This document shows, one piece after another, positions 46,370 through 55,541 of a stretch of DNA of 59,172 nucleotides. How positions within the stretch are numbered: position 1 is the stretch's first letter; each line of letters begins with the position of its first letter. Position numbers and translations under genes: made by a program. A model generated the notes under the pieces. It did no database searches. It worked only from the letters and a program-made list of their open reading frames with translations, and was not told the DNA's origin. Source of the DNA: Candidatus Omnitrophota bacterium (GTDB taxonomy: Bacteria; Omnitrophota; Gorgyraeia; JABMRG01); contig JBHPDT010000003.1 in the NCBI GenBank assembly GCA_042577545.1, positions 1 to 59,172 on the forward strand. Direction: 5' to 3'.

Positions 46370-46455
46370 GCCTTGCCTCCTTGCATTTTTTGAAAATTCA
46401 AGCATGGGTGTAGATTTTTCATAACTTTCTCGATTCTAACTTGACAATTCTTTCG

Positions 46456-46477
46456 TCGAAGGCGAATCCGCCTTCGA
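46456..46477 (-). terminator. Hairpin downstream of the porin-like gene
   Basis: TCGAAGGCG-aatc-CGCCTTCGA is a perfect 9-bp stem, 29 nt after the stop at 46506. The trailing U-tract is weak. Confidence 0.45.
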
Positions 46478-46505
46478 TGGTAACCAGGTTAGAATATGAT
46501 TTCGT

Positions 46506-47858
46506 TTAAAACTTATACTGCGCGCCTGCCGTAGCTGCAAAACCTTTTTGGCCCTGTCTGGCTAACGCTTCCAGTTCGCTGTCTTTAATATCGTTTTCAA
46601 CCATTACAGCGCTAAAAAGACGAAATCCGGGTAAAAAATCCGAATCATAGGCAATATTTAAGAGGCCACGCTTTCTAATAAGATCGTTATGGGAAATACC
46701 TACCTTGTCAGGATGGTACTCTCCATAATTGAAATCAATAAGCCAACCTCCATCACGATATCCAAGATTTAAGTAAGCTCCAATACCATCAAGAGGTTCA
46801 TTCCTACTATAATATATATCTCTGTAGTAAAGACTGCGAGGCCAATCTATATTATTTATATTAAAATCATTGCGAAAACCATATTCATCATAAATAACCT
46901 CGCCAGAGAGAATAAGAGCAGGGTGCAGTCGGATCATTATATCCGCGCCAGCATGGTTATTGTATTCTTTCTGACCCCCTGAACCAATACCATCTTGCAA
47001 TTTTCCTGATATACCGATCGCCCAATTTTTTCCCTCAAAACCCAGTCTGCCCATATTTGCTTTGTCAGAATTCGTATCCTTCTGGGCTTCACCATTGACA
47101 TGCCCTAAGTCCAAAACCAGATAATTATACTTGTATGTGAGAAAGACGCCGCTTTCTCGCCAGTTTATAGACTCTGTACGGATAAATGGGCCAATAGAAC
47201 GGGCGTTTGTAAAGAGAGGGAAATAGTATCTTCCAAATGGGGTTGCAACCTTTCCTGCTCTAAGCGTAAAACCCCATTTCTCAAGCTCTATGCTTAACCT
47301 ATCTATCTCAAAGGTATCTACCTGAAAATTCTCACTGTATGTATCCAGTATATTGTTATGCCTAAGAAGATTTCTCCCAAAGCGTTGATTTAAGAAGAAA
47401 TCTCCTCCCACCTTCATTCTACCCCAATCACCCTCTGATTCTACCCATGGACTAAAAACTCCCTCAACTGCAAAAGTCGCTTCCTGACCACTCCAGTTGA
47501 TTCTCTGATCATTTATATAATAAGAGCGCAGCAATGTTCCGACTTTAAGTCTTGTAGAATCATTCAGTCTAAATTCTACCGGTCTCAGCTCTCCTTCTGC
47601 TGCTTCGATTTTGACTGTCTTCTGCTTCTCTAGTGACTCTATTTCTCTGCTCATCACCTCCATCGCTTCTGTCTGCGCCTGGATCTTATTTTGCATCTCC
47701 TCCATCTGCTCTGTCTGCGCCTGGACCTCATTGCGGATAGCCTCAAACTGTGTCTTCAATTCTGAAAGTTCATCCGCAAAACAACTTTCTGAAAAACCAA
47801 AAGTTATCAATATCAGCGCTATCAAAATTGTGATTTTTTTTCTCAAAGAATCTCCCAT
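46506..47858 (-). CDS. Outer-membrane beta-barrel (porin-like) protein with N-terminal coiled coil
   Basis: Signal peptide KITILIALILITFGFSESCFA, the QAQTE-repeat coiled coil, alternating-hydrophobicity strands, and a C-terminal ...GAQYKF aromatic terminus. Confidence 0.65.
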   Translation of the reverse strand: MGDSLRKKITILIALILITFGFSESCFADELSELKTQFEAIRNEVQAQTEQMEEMQNKIQAQTEAMEVMSREIESLEKQKTVKIEAAEGELRPVEFRLNDSTRLKVGTLLRSYYINDQRINWSGQEATFAVEGVFSPWVESEGDWGRMKVGGDFFLNQRFGRNLLRHNNILDTYSENFQVDTFEIDRLSIELEKWGFTLRAGKVATPFGRYYFPLFTNARSIGPFIRTESINWRESGVFLTYKYNYLVLDLGHVNGEAQKDTNSDKANMGRLGFEGKNWAIGISGKLQDGIGSGGQKEYNNHAGADIMIRLHPALILSGEVIYDEYGFRNDFNINNIDWPRSLYYRDIYYSRNEPLDGIGAYLNLGYRDGGWLIDFNYGEYHPDKVGISHNDLIRKRGLLNIAYDSDFLPGFRLFSAVMVENDIKDSELEALARQGQKGFAATAGAQYKF

Positions 47859-47909
47859 TGTAATAATCTTTAGATTAAATTTGGATGATTTGTTCGGATA
47901 TGTAATACA

Positions 47910-48287
47910 TTATAGGGTTGAAAATTTCAATTTATTTTTTATCCATTCCATGACCAACATAACAATATATTCTACCTCATCCGGGGCTAAGCTTCGACCT
48001 TCTAAAATCTTATGCCACTTGCTAAGACAATCTCTGCAACACGAGGCGGTAGCGTGCTGCGCTTTAAATACAGGGTGTCCTTTAAATGGGGTCTGTCTGC
48101 CGTCATTCTTCGGATTTTCTGGGGCGAGCCGCTTTAATACAAAATCCCGAGCGTGGGATTCTATTTTTTCAAATCCGATTCTTTTAATATAATTAACATC
48201 CTGGCTGTTTAGTTTAAAACTAGACCTAAATTTTGACTTCGCCAATCTATCTAAAGTGTCTCTTGTCCTCTTATTCTCTGTAAGCAT
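47910..48287 (-). CDS. DUF4186-like small protein
   Basis: 125 aa. FKLNSQDVNYI, DGRQTPFKGHPVFKAQHATASCCRDCLSKWH. Family assignment is from memory. Confidence 0.5.
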   Translation of the reverse strand: MLTENKRTRDTLDRLAKSKFRSSFKLNSQDVNYIKRIGFEKIESHARDFVLKRLAPENPKNDGRQTPFKGHPVFKAQHATASCCRDCLSKWHKILEGRSLAPDEVEYIVMLVMEWIKNKLKFSTL

Positions 48288-48317
48288 AATTTGAGATAGC
48301 CATGCTCAATCTTGTTA

Positions 48318-51173
48318 TTAGATCAGATCCCTTATTTTTCTTAAAAATCTATCAACCGATGGAGGCCTTAAGATAAAGGCCTTAGCTCCCATCTTCATAA
48401 AGGGCTCCCGCTTGCTAGGCTTTCTGCCCTGCACAATAATTGGTATAGTAGCAAACTGAGAATTATCTTTTATCTCCTTAAAAAGTCTTAAGCCCCGCAT
48501 ATCACCTTTTAAATTATTGGACATAATTATCATATCTACCCAGCCGGATCTTAATGTGGTAAGGGCCTTTTCACCATCATAGACGCAATCAGCAAGATAC
48601 CCCATCGCCTCCAATCTCGTCTTAAGCATAAACGCATACCTTATATCAGCGTCAATGATCAATATTCTCTCCTGCGCCATCTTGCGTCTGCCATGGTGTA
48701 TGCTTACAATAGCTTCTCTTTCAAGAGATATCTTATGAGTCGTACCAAGCGCTAGGGTATATTCTTTTCCATGTATTTCAATAGGAACGGGAAAAAGTTT
48801 CGATCTTGGCCCCTGCGCAAATATTGTTAACTTGCGCTTAGTAATTGAGACCAACATCCAGCGGCCTTTACAAAAAATTCGTAATTTAAGTGAACGCCAC
48901 TTTTTGGGGAGCCTTGGATTTATTATTATCTGGTCTTCCTTAATATCTATTCCAGCAAAACATTTTATAGTAAGATCTATAGAGCCGCTCATAACACCTG
49001 TATGAATACCTTCGGGAGCTGTGCCGCCTTGGGTATCATAAATATCTGACTTAAGTATCTCTAAAAACATCTGCCATACTTCTGATTCCTTACCAATAAG
49101 ATGGGCTAAATAGCAATGGACAATACTGCTTAAGGTAGAACCATCCGATGTCCTACGTCTGTAATATGCGTAGTTCTTCTTAAGCATTTGGGGATCAAAA
49201 CGATAGCCAAGCTGACTAAATATATCCTTTATCTCGGATAAGGGAAGTAGATAAAAGATCATCAAGGCATCCGCCTGTTTTGCTACCTTATACGCATTAG
49301 GAGATTTTCCTTCTGCTTTGAGTATCCTATCCATCCTGTGTATGTTTTGATACTTATCTTTATAGGCTCTCCAATTCAATTCCTTTAGCCCAAAATAGCC
49401 GTCGAATTGACTTATAATACCATTTTTATTTATAACAATGTTCATCTTCCTGGTGATATCTATCCAGCGTTCTAGATCAGTCTGATTAATATCTAATCTT
49501 TTAAGCATCGCGGCAGCTTCTTTAGAAGGCAAAATATTCAAAACCTTAAGCGCGTTACGTAGCGTAGCTACAATTAGTAGATTAGTATAGGCATTGTCTC
49601 TAAAGCCAGCCTTCGATGCCAAAGGAGACTTTTCATGAAACTCATCAGGACCCATCAACCCTTCCGTATGATATCTTTTATCTTTGCGGTCAAATTTTAC
49701 AAGGCTTGAACCAAATTTGGCTATAGATAGTATCATCTCAGCGCCATATCTGCTAATAAAATCAATATCCTTGGTAGACTTCCAATACTGCCAAGCATTA
49801 TGAGCAACCGCGAAAGATACATGCCTTTGAAGTCTACTATTATCCGGCCCCCATTCATTAGATATCGGATTTAAATGAATTGTTTGGGTCTGCTCATCCC
49901 CTAGGGCGCCGCTCTGCCATGGAAACATAGCCCCATCGTACCCATTTTCTTTCGCGCTCTTTCTAGCTTGATCTATTCGCCTATACCTATAAAGTAGAAG
50001 CGCCTTGGATATCTCAGGAGCATGTAAATTATAAAAGGGCATTGCAAAAAGCTCATCCCAGAATATATGTCCACGATAGGCTTCACCATGTAAACCCCTG
50101 GCGGGAAATCCAGCATCAATATCAACATTATGAAAAGAGGCGGTCTGAAGCAGATGGAATGTATGAAATCTTAATACCTTACTAAATATAGCGTCACCTT
50201 GGATATCTATATCGAATTTTTTCCATATAGCCTTCCATGCGCGCTTATGTGTTTTAAGCAGAAATTCAAATCTAGGCGCAGGCTTTAGAGATTCAATAGC
50301 AGCCTTATCAGGATCCTGGACGTCATCTTTTCTTGATGTATAAATAGATACTATCTTCTCTATCTCGTATTTCTGTTTTTTTCGAACATATATCTTTAGA
50401 TCGTTGTAGACAGCCTTTTTTTGCTGAGTAACTAAGTCAGCTTCAGGGATTATCTCTTTATTTGATAAGAATATACGCGTCTTACTCGCTTGTGAAATAA
50501 TAATTCGAGATTGGCTGGTCTTAAGAGATAGATATATAAGATTATCATCGGTCTTTCCTATGGAATGCGGCCTAAGATGATTCGATTCTAATTGGCTATA
50601 CCTGGCAACGCCTCTGTTTTCAACCATACCATTTAATCCCGATCTTATAGTGATCGGTCCTTCGTAATCTTTAGATGTAATAATATATTTGATTGAGGCA
50701 AGATGCTTATCTCCCATATGAACTAAACTTCGAGTTTCAATCTTAAACTCTCTTCCCTTATCATCTATGATACGCATATTTCTACTTAAGAGACCTATGC
50801 GCATATCCAGCTCCTGATAATAGAACAGGATTTTACATTCAGAAGGAACGATCCATGGTTCTTCACCTGCTCTGAATGTTAAAAAAAGCCAATTAGGGCA
50901 ATTTACAAAATCTTCATTAGTTATATTTCTGCCTGCTATGTGAGTCTCCAACTTATTATAGACTCCGGCAATATATGTACCAGGATAATGTATTCTTGAT
51001 GCTACAGACTCAGGTAAAGCTCCCCTTGTACCAAAATAACCATTACCAAGCGTACATAAAGCTTCACGTAGTTTTTCCTTAGCTGGATAAAATCCTATGT
51101 AACTGAGTTTCCACGAAGCCTCGGTCTCTCCTTTTTGTGCCCGACTAGGATTATAATTTGATAATCTCTTCAT
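48318..51173 (-). CDS. GH65-family glycoside hydrolase/phosphorylase fused to a C-terminal degenerate receiver (REC) domain
   Basis: GEAYRGHIFWDELFAMPFYNLHAPEISKALLLYRYRRIDQARKSAKENGYDGAMFPWQSG. The last ~117 aa (48321-48671) fold like CheY (ERILIIDAD...), but the acceptor position reads MIIMSNN (Ser in place of Asp) and FILRPP (Arg in place of Lys). Confidence 0.8.
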   Translation of the reverse strand: MKRLSNYNPSRAQKGETEASWKLSYIGFYPAKEKLREALCTLGNGYFGTRGALPESVASRIHYPGTYIAGVYNKLETHIAGRNITNEDFVNCPNWLFLTFRAGEEPWIVPSECKILFYYQELDMRIGLLSRNMRIIDDKGREFKIETRSLVHMGDKHLASIKYIITSKDYEGPITIRSGLNGMVENRGVARYSQLESNHLRPHSIGKTDDNLIYLSLKTSQSRIIISQASKTRIFLSNKEIIPEADLVTQQKKAVYNDLKIYVRKKQKYEIEKIVSIYTSRKDDVQDPDKAAIESLKPAPRFEFLLKTHKRAWKAIWKKFDIDIQGDAIFSKVLRFHTFHLLQTASFHNVDIDAGFPARGLHGEAYRGHIFWDELFAMPFYNLHAPEISKALLLYRYRRIDQARKSAKENGYDGAMFPWQSGALGDEQTQTIHLNPISNEWGPDNSRLQRHVSFAVAHNAWQYWKSTKDIDFISRYGAEMILSIAKFGSSLVKFDRKDKRYHTEGLMGPDEFHEKSPLASKAGFRDNAYTNLLIVATLRNALKVLNILPSKEAAAMLKRLDINQTDLERWIDITRKMNIVINKNGIISQFDGYFGLKELNWRAYKDKYQNIHRMDRILKAEGKSPNAYKVAKQADALMIFYLLPLSEIKDIFSQLGYRFDPQMLKKNYAYYRRRTSDGSTLSSIVHCYLAHLIGKESEVWQMFLEILKSDIYDTQGGTAPEGIHTGVMSGSIDLTIKCFAGIDIKEDQIIINPRLPKKWRSLKLRIFCKGRWMLVSITKRKLTIFAQGPRSKLFPVPIEIHGKEYTLALGTTHKISLEREAIVSIHHGRRKMAQERILIIDADIRYAFMLKTRLEAMGYLADCVYDGEKALTTLRSGWVDMIIMSNNLKGDMRGLRLFKEIKDNSQFATIPIIVQGRKPSKREPFMKMGAKAFILRPPSVDRFLRKIRDLI

Positions 51174-51224
51174 AATTCATCTTCCATTTCTTATATTAAA
51201 CAACTTTATAAGTGCTAACCAACC

Positions 51225-51971
51225 CTACCGCTTAATCTCTACTGAGGCATTTGTATCAAAGGGGTTTGTTCGTATTGCAAGAGAGAATAGATATGGATAA
51301 TCACTCTTTAGATGTTTCATATATTCTAGCCATTCAGCAATTAAGAGATGATATACCCTCTTTATATCCCCGGCAAGATGTTGATAATCCGTATCCTCTA
51401 AACCCTCGAGGCTTCTTCTGTGAGCCAGCTCTTCTGCTAGATGAAAGACCGCCCAAAGTAGATTTGTAAAAGACTCGTGCTCCAGCAAGTTAGGATTTTC
51501 AAGGAGATTAATCAAAAAATGCCTCTTCTCTCTTAGTAGTTGCTTAACATCCTCTAAATTTCCTCTCTTGCTATCTATATTGTAATTATGGCTCTTTACG
51601 GTTTTGCATATCTTCGCGAACTCCTTTTCCGACCAGTCATTCTTTATTATAAGCTTCTGCGTAATCTTGAATGCCTCATTATCAAAAACAGAGAAGGTCT
51701 TAAGCAGATCAGTCCCGACCTCACTAAAGAAGGCCCCTATTACCATATTCAGTTTATTTAGCATCGCCTTCTTCTCTCTAAAATGAAGAAGATGGTGCAA
51801 TACCAGAGTTACCAGCAAGACCTCAAAAAAAACAAACCCAATATCACCTATAAGATATATAAATATATGGTGGGCATCTCTGAAGATAAGATAATGGATA
51901 ATATAAACAAGGGCTGATAACGCTATCAATAGCACCCCTAAGAAAACCTGCCAGTTCAATTTTCGTTTCAT
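51225..51971 (-). CDS. Hypothetical membrane protein (2 N-terminal TM segments)
   Basis: 248 aa with no recognisable motif. Confidence 0.5.
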   Translation of the reverse strand: MKRKLNWQVFLGVLLIALSALVYIIHYLIFRDAHHIFIYLIGDIGFVFFEVLLVTLVLHHLLHFREKKAMLNKLNMVIGAFFSEVGTDLLKTFSVFDNEAFKITQKLIIKNDWSEKEFAKICKTVKSHNYNIDSKRGNLEDVKQLLREKRHFLINLLENPNLLEHESFTNLLWAVFHLAEELAHRRSLEGLEDTDYQHLAGDIKRVYHLLIAEWLEYMKHLKSDYPYLFSLAIRTNPFDTNASVEIKR

Positions 51972-52026
51972 CTTTAACCCCTTTTCAGATATTTTTTATG
52001 TTTACTCTGCTGTTAAAAACTAGCAA

Positions 52027-53694
52027 CTACCTAAGCAGCTTATCTTGAATCTTTTTAACATTAATCTTGGCTTCCTCTGTATCCGGATCTAAGGCCAATG
52101 CCCTATTAAACGCCATTAAGGCCTTATCTAGTTGTGATCTATCCATGTAGACTACGCCTAAATTATTATGCGCGGTCGCAGAGTCCGGCCTAATCTTAAG
52201 GGATTTCTCATACCATCTCTCTGCTTCTTCTAGATTTCGCATCATATAGTATGCTGATCCTATATTGTCACAAGCCGGGACAAAATTTTCATCCAGCTTA
52301 AGCGCTCTTTTGAAATTATTGATAGCTAAATTGTGTTTGCCTTCTTTTAAGTATATTACTCCCAAATTATTATAGCTATGGACATTAGGTTTAATTTCCA
52401 AGGCTCTATTAAACTCAGATATAGCCTGGCTCATCTTGCTCTCCTCCATATAAGCTACAGCAAGTTGGGCATGAAGCTTATAACTGCCTGGATTATGTGT
52501 AAGCCCATAATTGAAAAAAGTAATACCATCGCGCCAGACCTTATTATGACCTACTGTAACGCCTCCCAGTATCACAACACCCGCGCACAGAGATGTAATG
52601 ATTACTCTTTTAACATTTCCACTAATATTCCCAATAGACGCAGCTAAGCTTATCGCCAAGCCAGCTGCTGGAATATATAGCCAGTGTTCTGAGATAAAAG
52701 CATTGAGAGGCAATATATTAGAGACAGGTAAGAGCCCTATTATAAACCAGAATATACCAAATGATATCAATCCACCTGCTCTGCCTCTCAGTTTTACACC
52801 AAGCCAGACTGAAAATACTATCAATATCCCAGAAGATATGACTTTCCAATCAGCCAGATTATAAGATATGGGTATAACGCGCTCCATATGCAATCCAGTA
52901 GGCCAGGCCAGAAGCAAAAGATACCTAGAAAATGCCTTCATGGTAGTAAAAATTCTTGGCAAGAAAGCCAAGCTGCTAAACTCTGTAATGGTTGGATCAA
53001 AACGCATTATAGTAAGACGAAATACCAGATAAGCTACCATAATAAGAAGATACGGCATTATCTTTACTAAATTCAGGTTTCTTTTAACAACCTTATCGTG
53101 TATAAGAAATATCACCGGAAATACAACAGATGGCTCTTTACTAAGTATGGCTAATATGAAAAAAATGGCTCCTGCTACATTCTGAATCTTGCGCTCTCCT
53201 GCCATATAAAAAATAGCTGATAACAAAAGAAAAAATAGCGCAAGCAGATCTGCCCTGCCGGCAATATATGTCACAGCTTGAGTATGGACCGGATGCACAA
53301 CATATAGCATAGCTGCTATTAATGCGCCGGTACAATACTTAAGCTTCCTACCAACTAACTTTAAGATGAGTAAAAACAACAGTATGCTATTTACTACATG
53401 TATAATCGTATTAGTAATATGGTACCCTAAGGGCCTAAGACGCCAAAGATGATAATCTATAGAATAAGAAATATTCTGCATCGGTCGATAAAAACTTGAA
53501 ACGCGGCCACTTCCTTCAAAGAGTTGAGATCTAAATATCGCTCCAACAGATGAGAGATCTTTTATAAGATTGTTCTCAACTATCAGATACTTATCATCCC
53601 ATAAAAAATCGTTATTAAAACTATTTGCGTAAATTCCAAATCCCATAATAGCAATAAGTAATACCGAAAACGTTATCTTGATATTTTCGCTCAT
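52027..53694 (-). CDS. Polytopic membrane protein (PMT_2/TMTC-like glycosyltransferase fold) with C-terminal TPR repeats
   Basis: N-terminal FLWDDKYLIVEN, about 9-10 TM segments, and C-terminal TPR repeats (AISEFNRALEIKPN, NNLGVIYLKEGK, AERWYEKSLKIRPD). Confidence 0.65.
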   Translation of the reverse strand: MSENIKITFSVLLIAIMGFGIYANSFNNDFLWDDKYLIVENNLIKDLSSVGAIFRSQLFEGSGRVSSFYRPMQNISYSIDYHLWRLRPLGYHITNTIIHVVNSILLFLLILKLVGRKLKYCTGALIAAMLYVVHPVHTQAVTYIAGRADLLALFFLLLSAIFYMAGERKIQNVAGAIFFILAILSKEPSVVFPVIFLIHDKVVKRNLNLVKIMPYLLIMVAYLVFRLTIMRFDPTITEFSSLAFLPRIFTTMKAFSRYLLLLAWPTGLHMERVIPISYNLADWKVISSGILIVFSVWLGVKLRGRAGGLISFGIFWFIIGLLPVSNILPLNAFISEHWLYIPAAGLAISLAASIGNISGNVKRVIITSLCAGVVILGGVTVGHNKVWRDGITFFNYGLTHNPGSYKLHAQLAVAYMEESKMSQAISEFNRALEIKPNVHSYNNLGVIYLKEGKHNLAINNFKRALKLDENFVPACDNIGSAYYMMRNLEEAERWYEKSLKIRPDSATAHNNLGVVYMDRSQLDKALMAFNRALALDPDTEEAKINVKKIQDKLLR

Positions 53695-53715
53695 ATAGAT
53701 AAAGGGATGGGATAA

Positions 53716-54081
53716 TTATTCTTTAAGAAATTCGTCGACCTTAGAGACTAGAGTTTCTGACTCATATGGTTTTTTGATATAACCATCAGCGCCCGCGTTT
53801 CTAACCTGATCCTCTATATACTCAACCCCTGAAGCTGTAATCATAAGAATAGGAATATCTTTAGTTGCATGGTCATTTTTTAAACGTTTGCATATGTCAA
53901 AACCATTTACTCCTGGAAGAAATAGATCTAAAAGAATAAGATCTGGCTTCTCACCATGGGCCTTTCTGCAACCTTCCTCTCCTTCCGGAGCTGAGATAAC
54001 CTCATAGCCGTTCGCCTCAAGCCTCTGTTGAACCACCATAATCTGCTCTGGTTCATCCTCAATATAGAGAATCTTCTTCAT
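53716..54081 (-). CDS. Single-domain response regulator (CheY-like)
   Basis: MKKILYIEDEPE, PDLILLDLFLPGVNG, ILMITAS and GYIKKP, so the canonical D/T/K residues are present. Start trimmed from 54195 to the ATG at 54081, which is preceded by GGAGG. Confidence 0.85.
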   Translation of the reverse strand: MKKILYIEDEPEQIMVVQQRLEANGYEVISAPEGEEGCRKAHGEKPDLILLDLFLPGVNGFDICKRLKNDHATKDIPILMITASGVEYIEDQVRNAGADGYIKKPYESETLVSKVDEFLKE

Positions 54082-54227
54082 GCCGCCTCCTGTTTTCTTA
54101 TTTGAATCACGCCGGTATGCTAACACATGTATTGAAGTATAATAGTAAGTATTATTATATTTTAATATTATACACCTTAGGGGCAATATATGCAAATAGA
54201 TAAAAGGGGTTCAGAGAAAGTGGAAGT

Positions 54228-55538
54228 TTACTTATAGCTTCTCAAGCGGCGGGACATTCTCTGTTTGGAAGGATTAAAATAACCTGTCATTAGCTGCGGA
54301 AACTCTCTCTTTAACGAAAATACTAGTTTTTTTATACCAATCAGCTCTGAATCGTCTATTATTACTTTTAACACCTTAAAGTAAAATACAGGATCTATGT
54401 TAAGATTTCGCAATTGCGCCATATCTATTCTGTGCCTCCTAATAAGGCTAGAAAATGCGTAAAATTCATCTTTAGAATCTGAGAAACCAGGCATAATCAG
54501 ATAATTTAAAGAAACAAAGCCTTTGCAAATCTTGGCTATCTCAATTGATCTAAGAACATCTTTAAAGCTATACCCTTTCGGATTATAGTATCTTGCGTAA
54601 AAGACCTCCCGCGCGCTATTAATACTAACCCGGATACTATCAAGACCTGCCTCAAAAAGTCTTCTTACCTTTTGTGGTCTGCTGGCATTGGTATTGATAT
54701 TGATGATTCCTTTTGAGGTCTCTTTTCGTATAAGTCTTATCGCTCTCTCAATAACGTCGGAAACAAGCAAGGGCTCTCCTTCGCAACCCTGACCAAAGCT
54801 TACAACAGGATCTCTTGTCGCCCTCATATGATATAACGCAACCTCAGCAATCTCCTCCGGCGTTGGAATAAACTCAATCCTGGGCTGGGTTATAGAACAC
54901 GCATCTTTAGGTTGATGTGATATGCATCCTGCGCATTGAGCATTACATAATGGCGCTGTAGGCAAAGGAGCTTCATACCTCTCTAAAAAAAGGTTCTTAG
55001 CGGCAGGGCACCCATATACAAGCGCGCACCTTTCCAGGTGGCGAAATAACCTATTTTTAGGGTGTGATTTTCTTCTCGCCTTGACATTTTTCTTAACAGT
55101 CTCGATATCCATAAGACTTATATCCTGACGAAGCTCTCTATCTACTCTAAGAGCGGCAGCATAAAAATCCCCTTTATAAAAAGCAACAGCCGCATACGAA
55201 AAGAGCGGCAGCATCTTTGCGTCTTCTCTCTGATAAAACGCGGAATTAAAACGTACAGTATAGCCGGGAGATATAAAAGCGGAGACAGCGTAACATCTCT
55301 CTTTTCTCTTTGCAAAAGGATTCTGATCAAATCTAGAAAATAATTTTGATTTTGGATCATAACCTATAGGTGATCTGTCCGGCGTCATAAATAACTCACT
55401 TCCCGACGGAAGTTTAATCAGATCAGTGGAATTTAATCTAAAAAGACTATTCCCTTTCATGCCAGCTGCTTGAATATTCGGCACATTCAGTATTTTACCT
55501 TTTGCGTCAGCTATTAATAACTCAGGCAACTCTCTCAT
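54228..55538 (-). CDS. Radical SAM protein with ~190-aa N-terminal extension
   Basis: CNAQCAGCISH (CX3CX2C) and GQGCEGEPLL. Function unknown. Confidence 0.7.
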   Translation of the reverse strand: MRELPELLIADAKGKILNVPNIQAAGMKGNSLFRLNSTDLIKLPSGSELFMTPDRSPIGYDPKSKLFSRFDQNPFAKRKERCYAVSAFISPGYTVRFNSAFYQREDAKMLPLFSYAAVAFYKGDFYAAALRVDRELRQDISLMDIETVKKNVKARRKSHPKNRLFRHLERCALVYGCPAAKNLFLERYEAPLPTAPLCNAQCAGCISHQPKDACSITQPRIEFIPTPEEIAEVALYHMRATRDPVVSFGQGCEGEPLLVSDVIERAIRLIRKETSKGIININTNASRPQKVRRLFEAGLDSIRVSINSAREVFYARYYNPKGYSFKDVLRSIEIAKICKGFVSLNYLIMPGFSDSKDEFYAFSSLIRRHRIDMAQLRNLNIDPVFYFKVLKVIIDDSELIGIKKLVFSLKREFPQLMTGYFNPSKQRMSRRLRSYK

Positions 55539-55541
55539 ATG

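Noticed and set aside
53716-54195. The 159-aa version of the response regulator (track start at 54195)
   Set aside because: The first 38 codons (MHILPLRCIILKYNNTYYYTS...) are AT-rich junk with no homology. A GGAGG RBS precedes the internal ATG at 54081, which gives a canonical 121-aa CheY-like protein.
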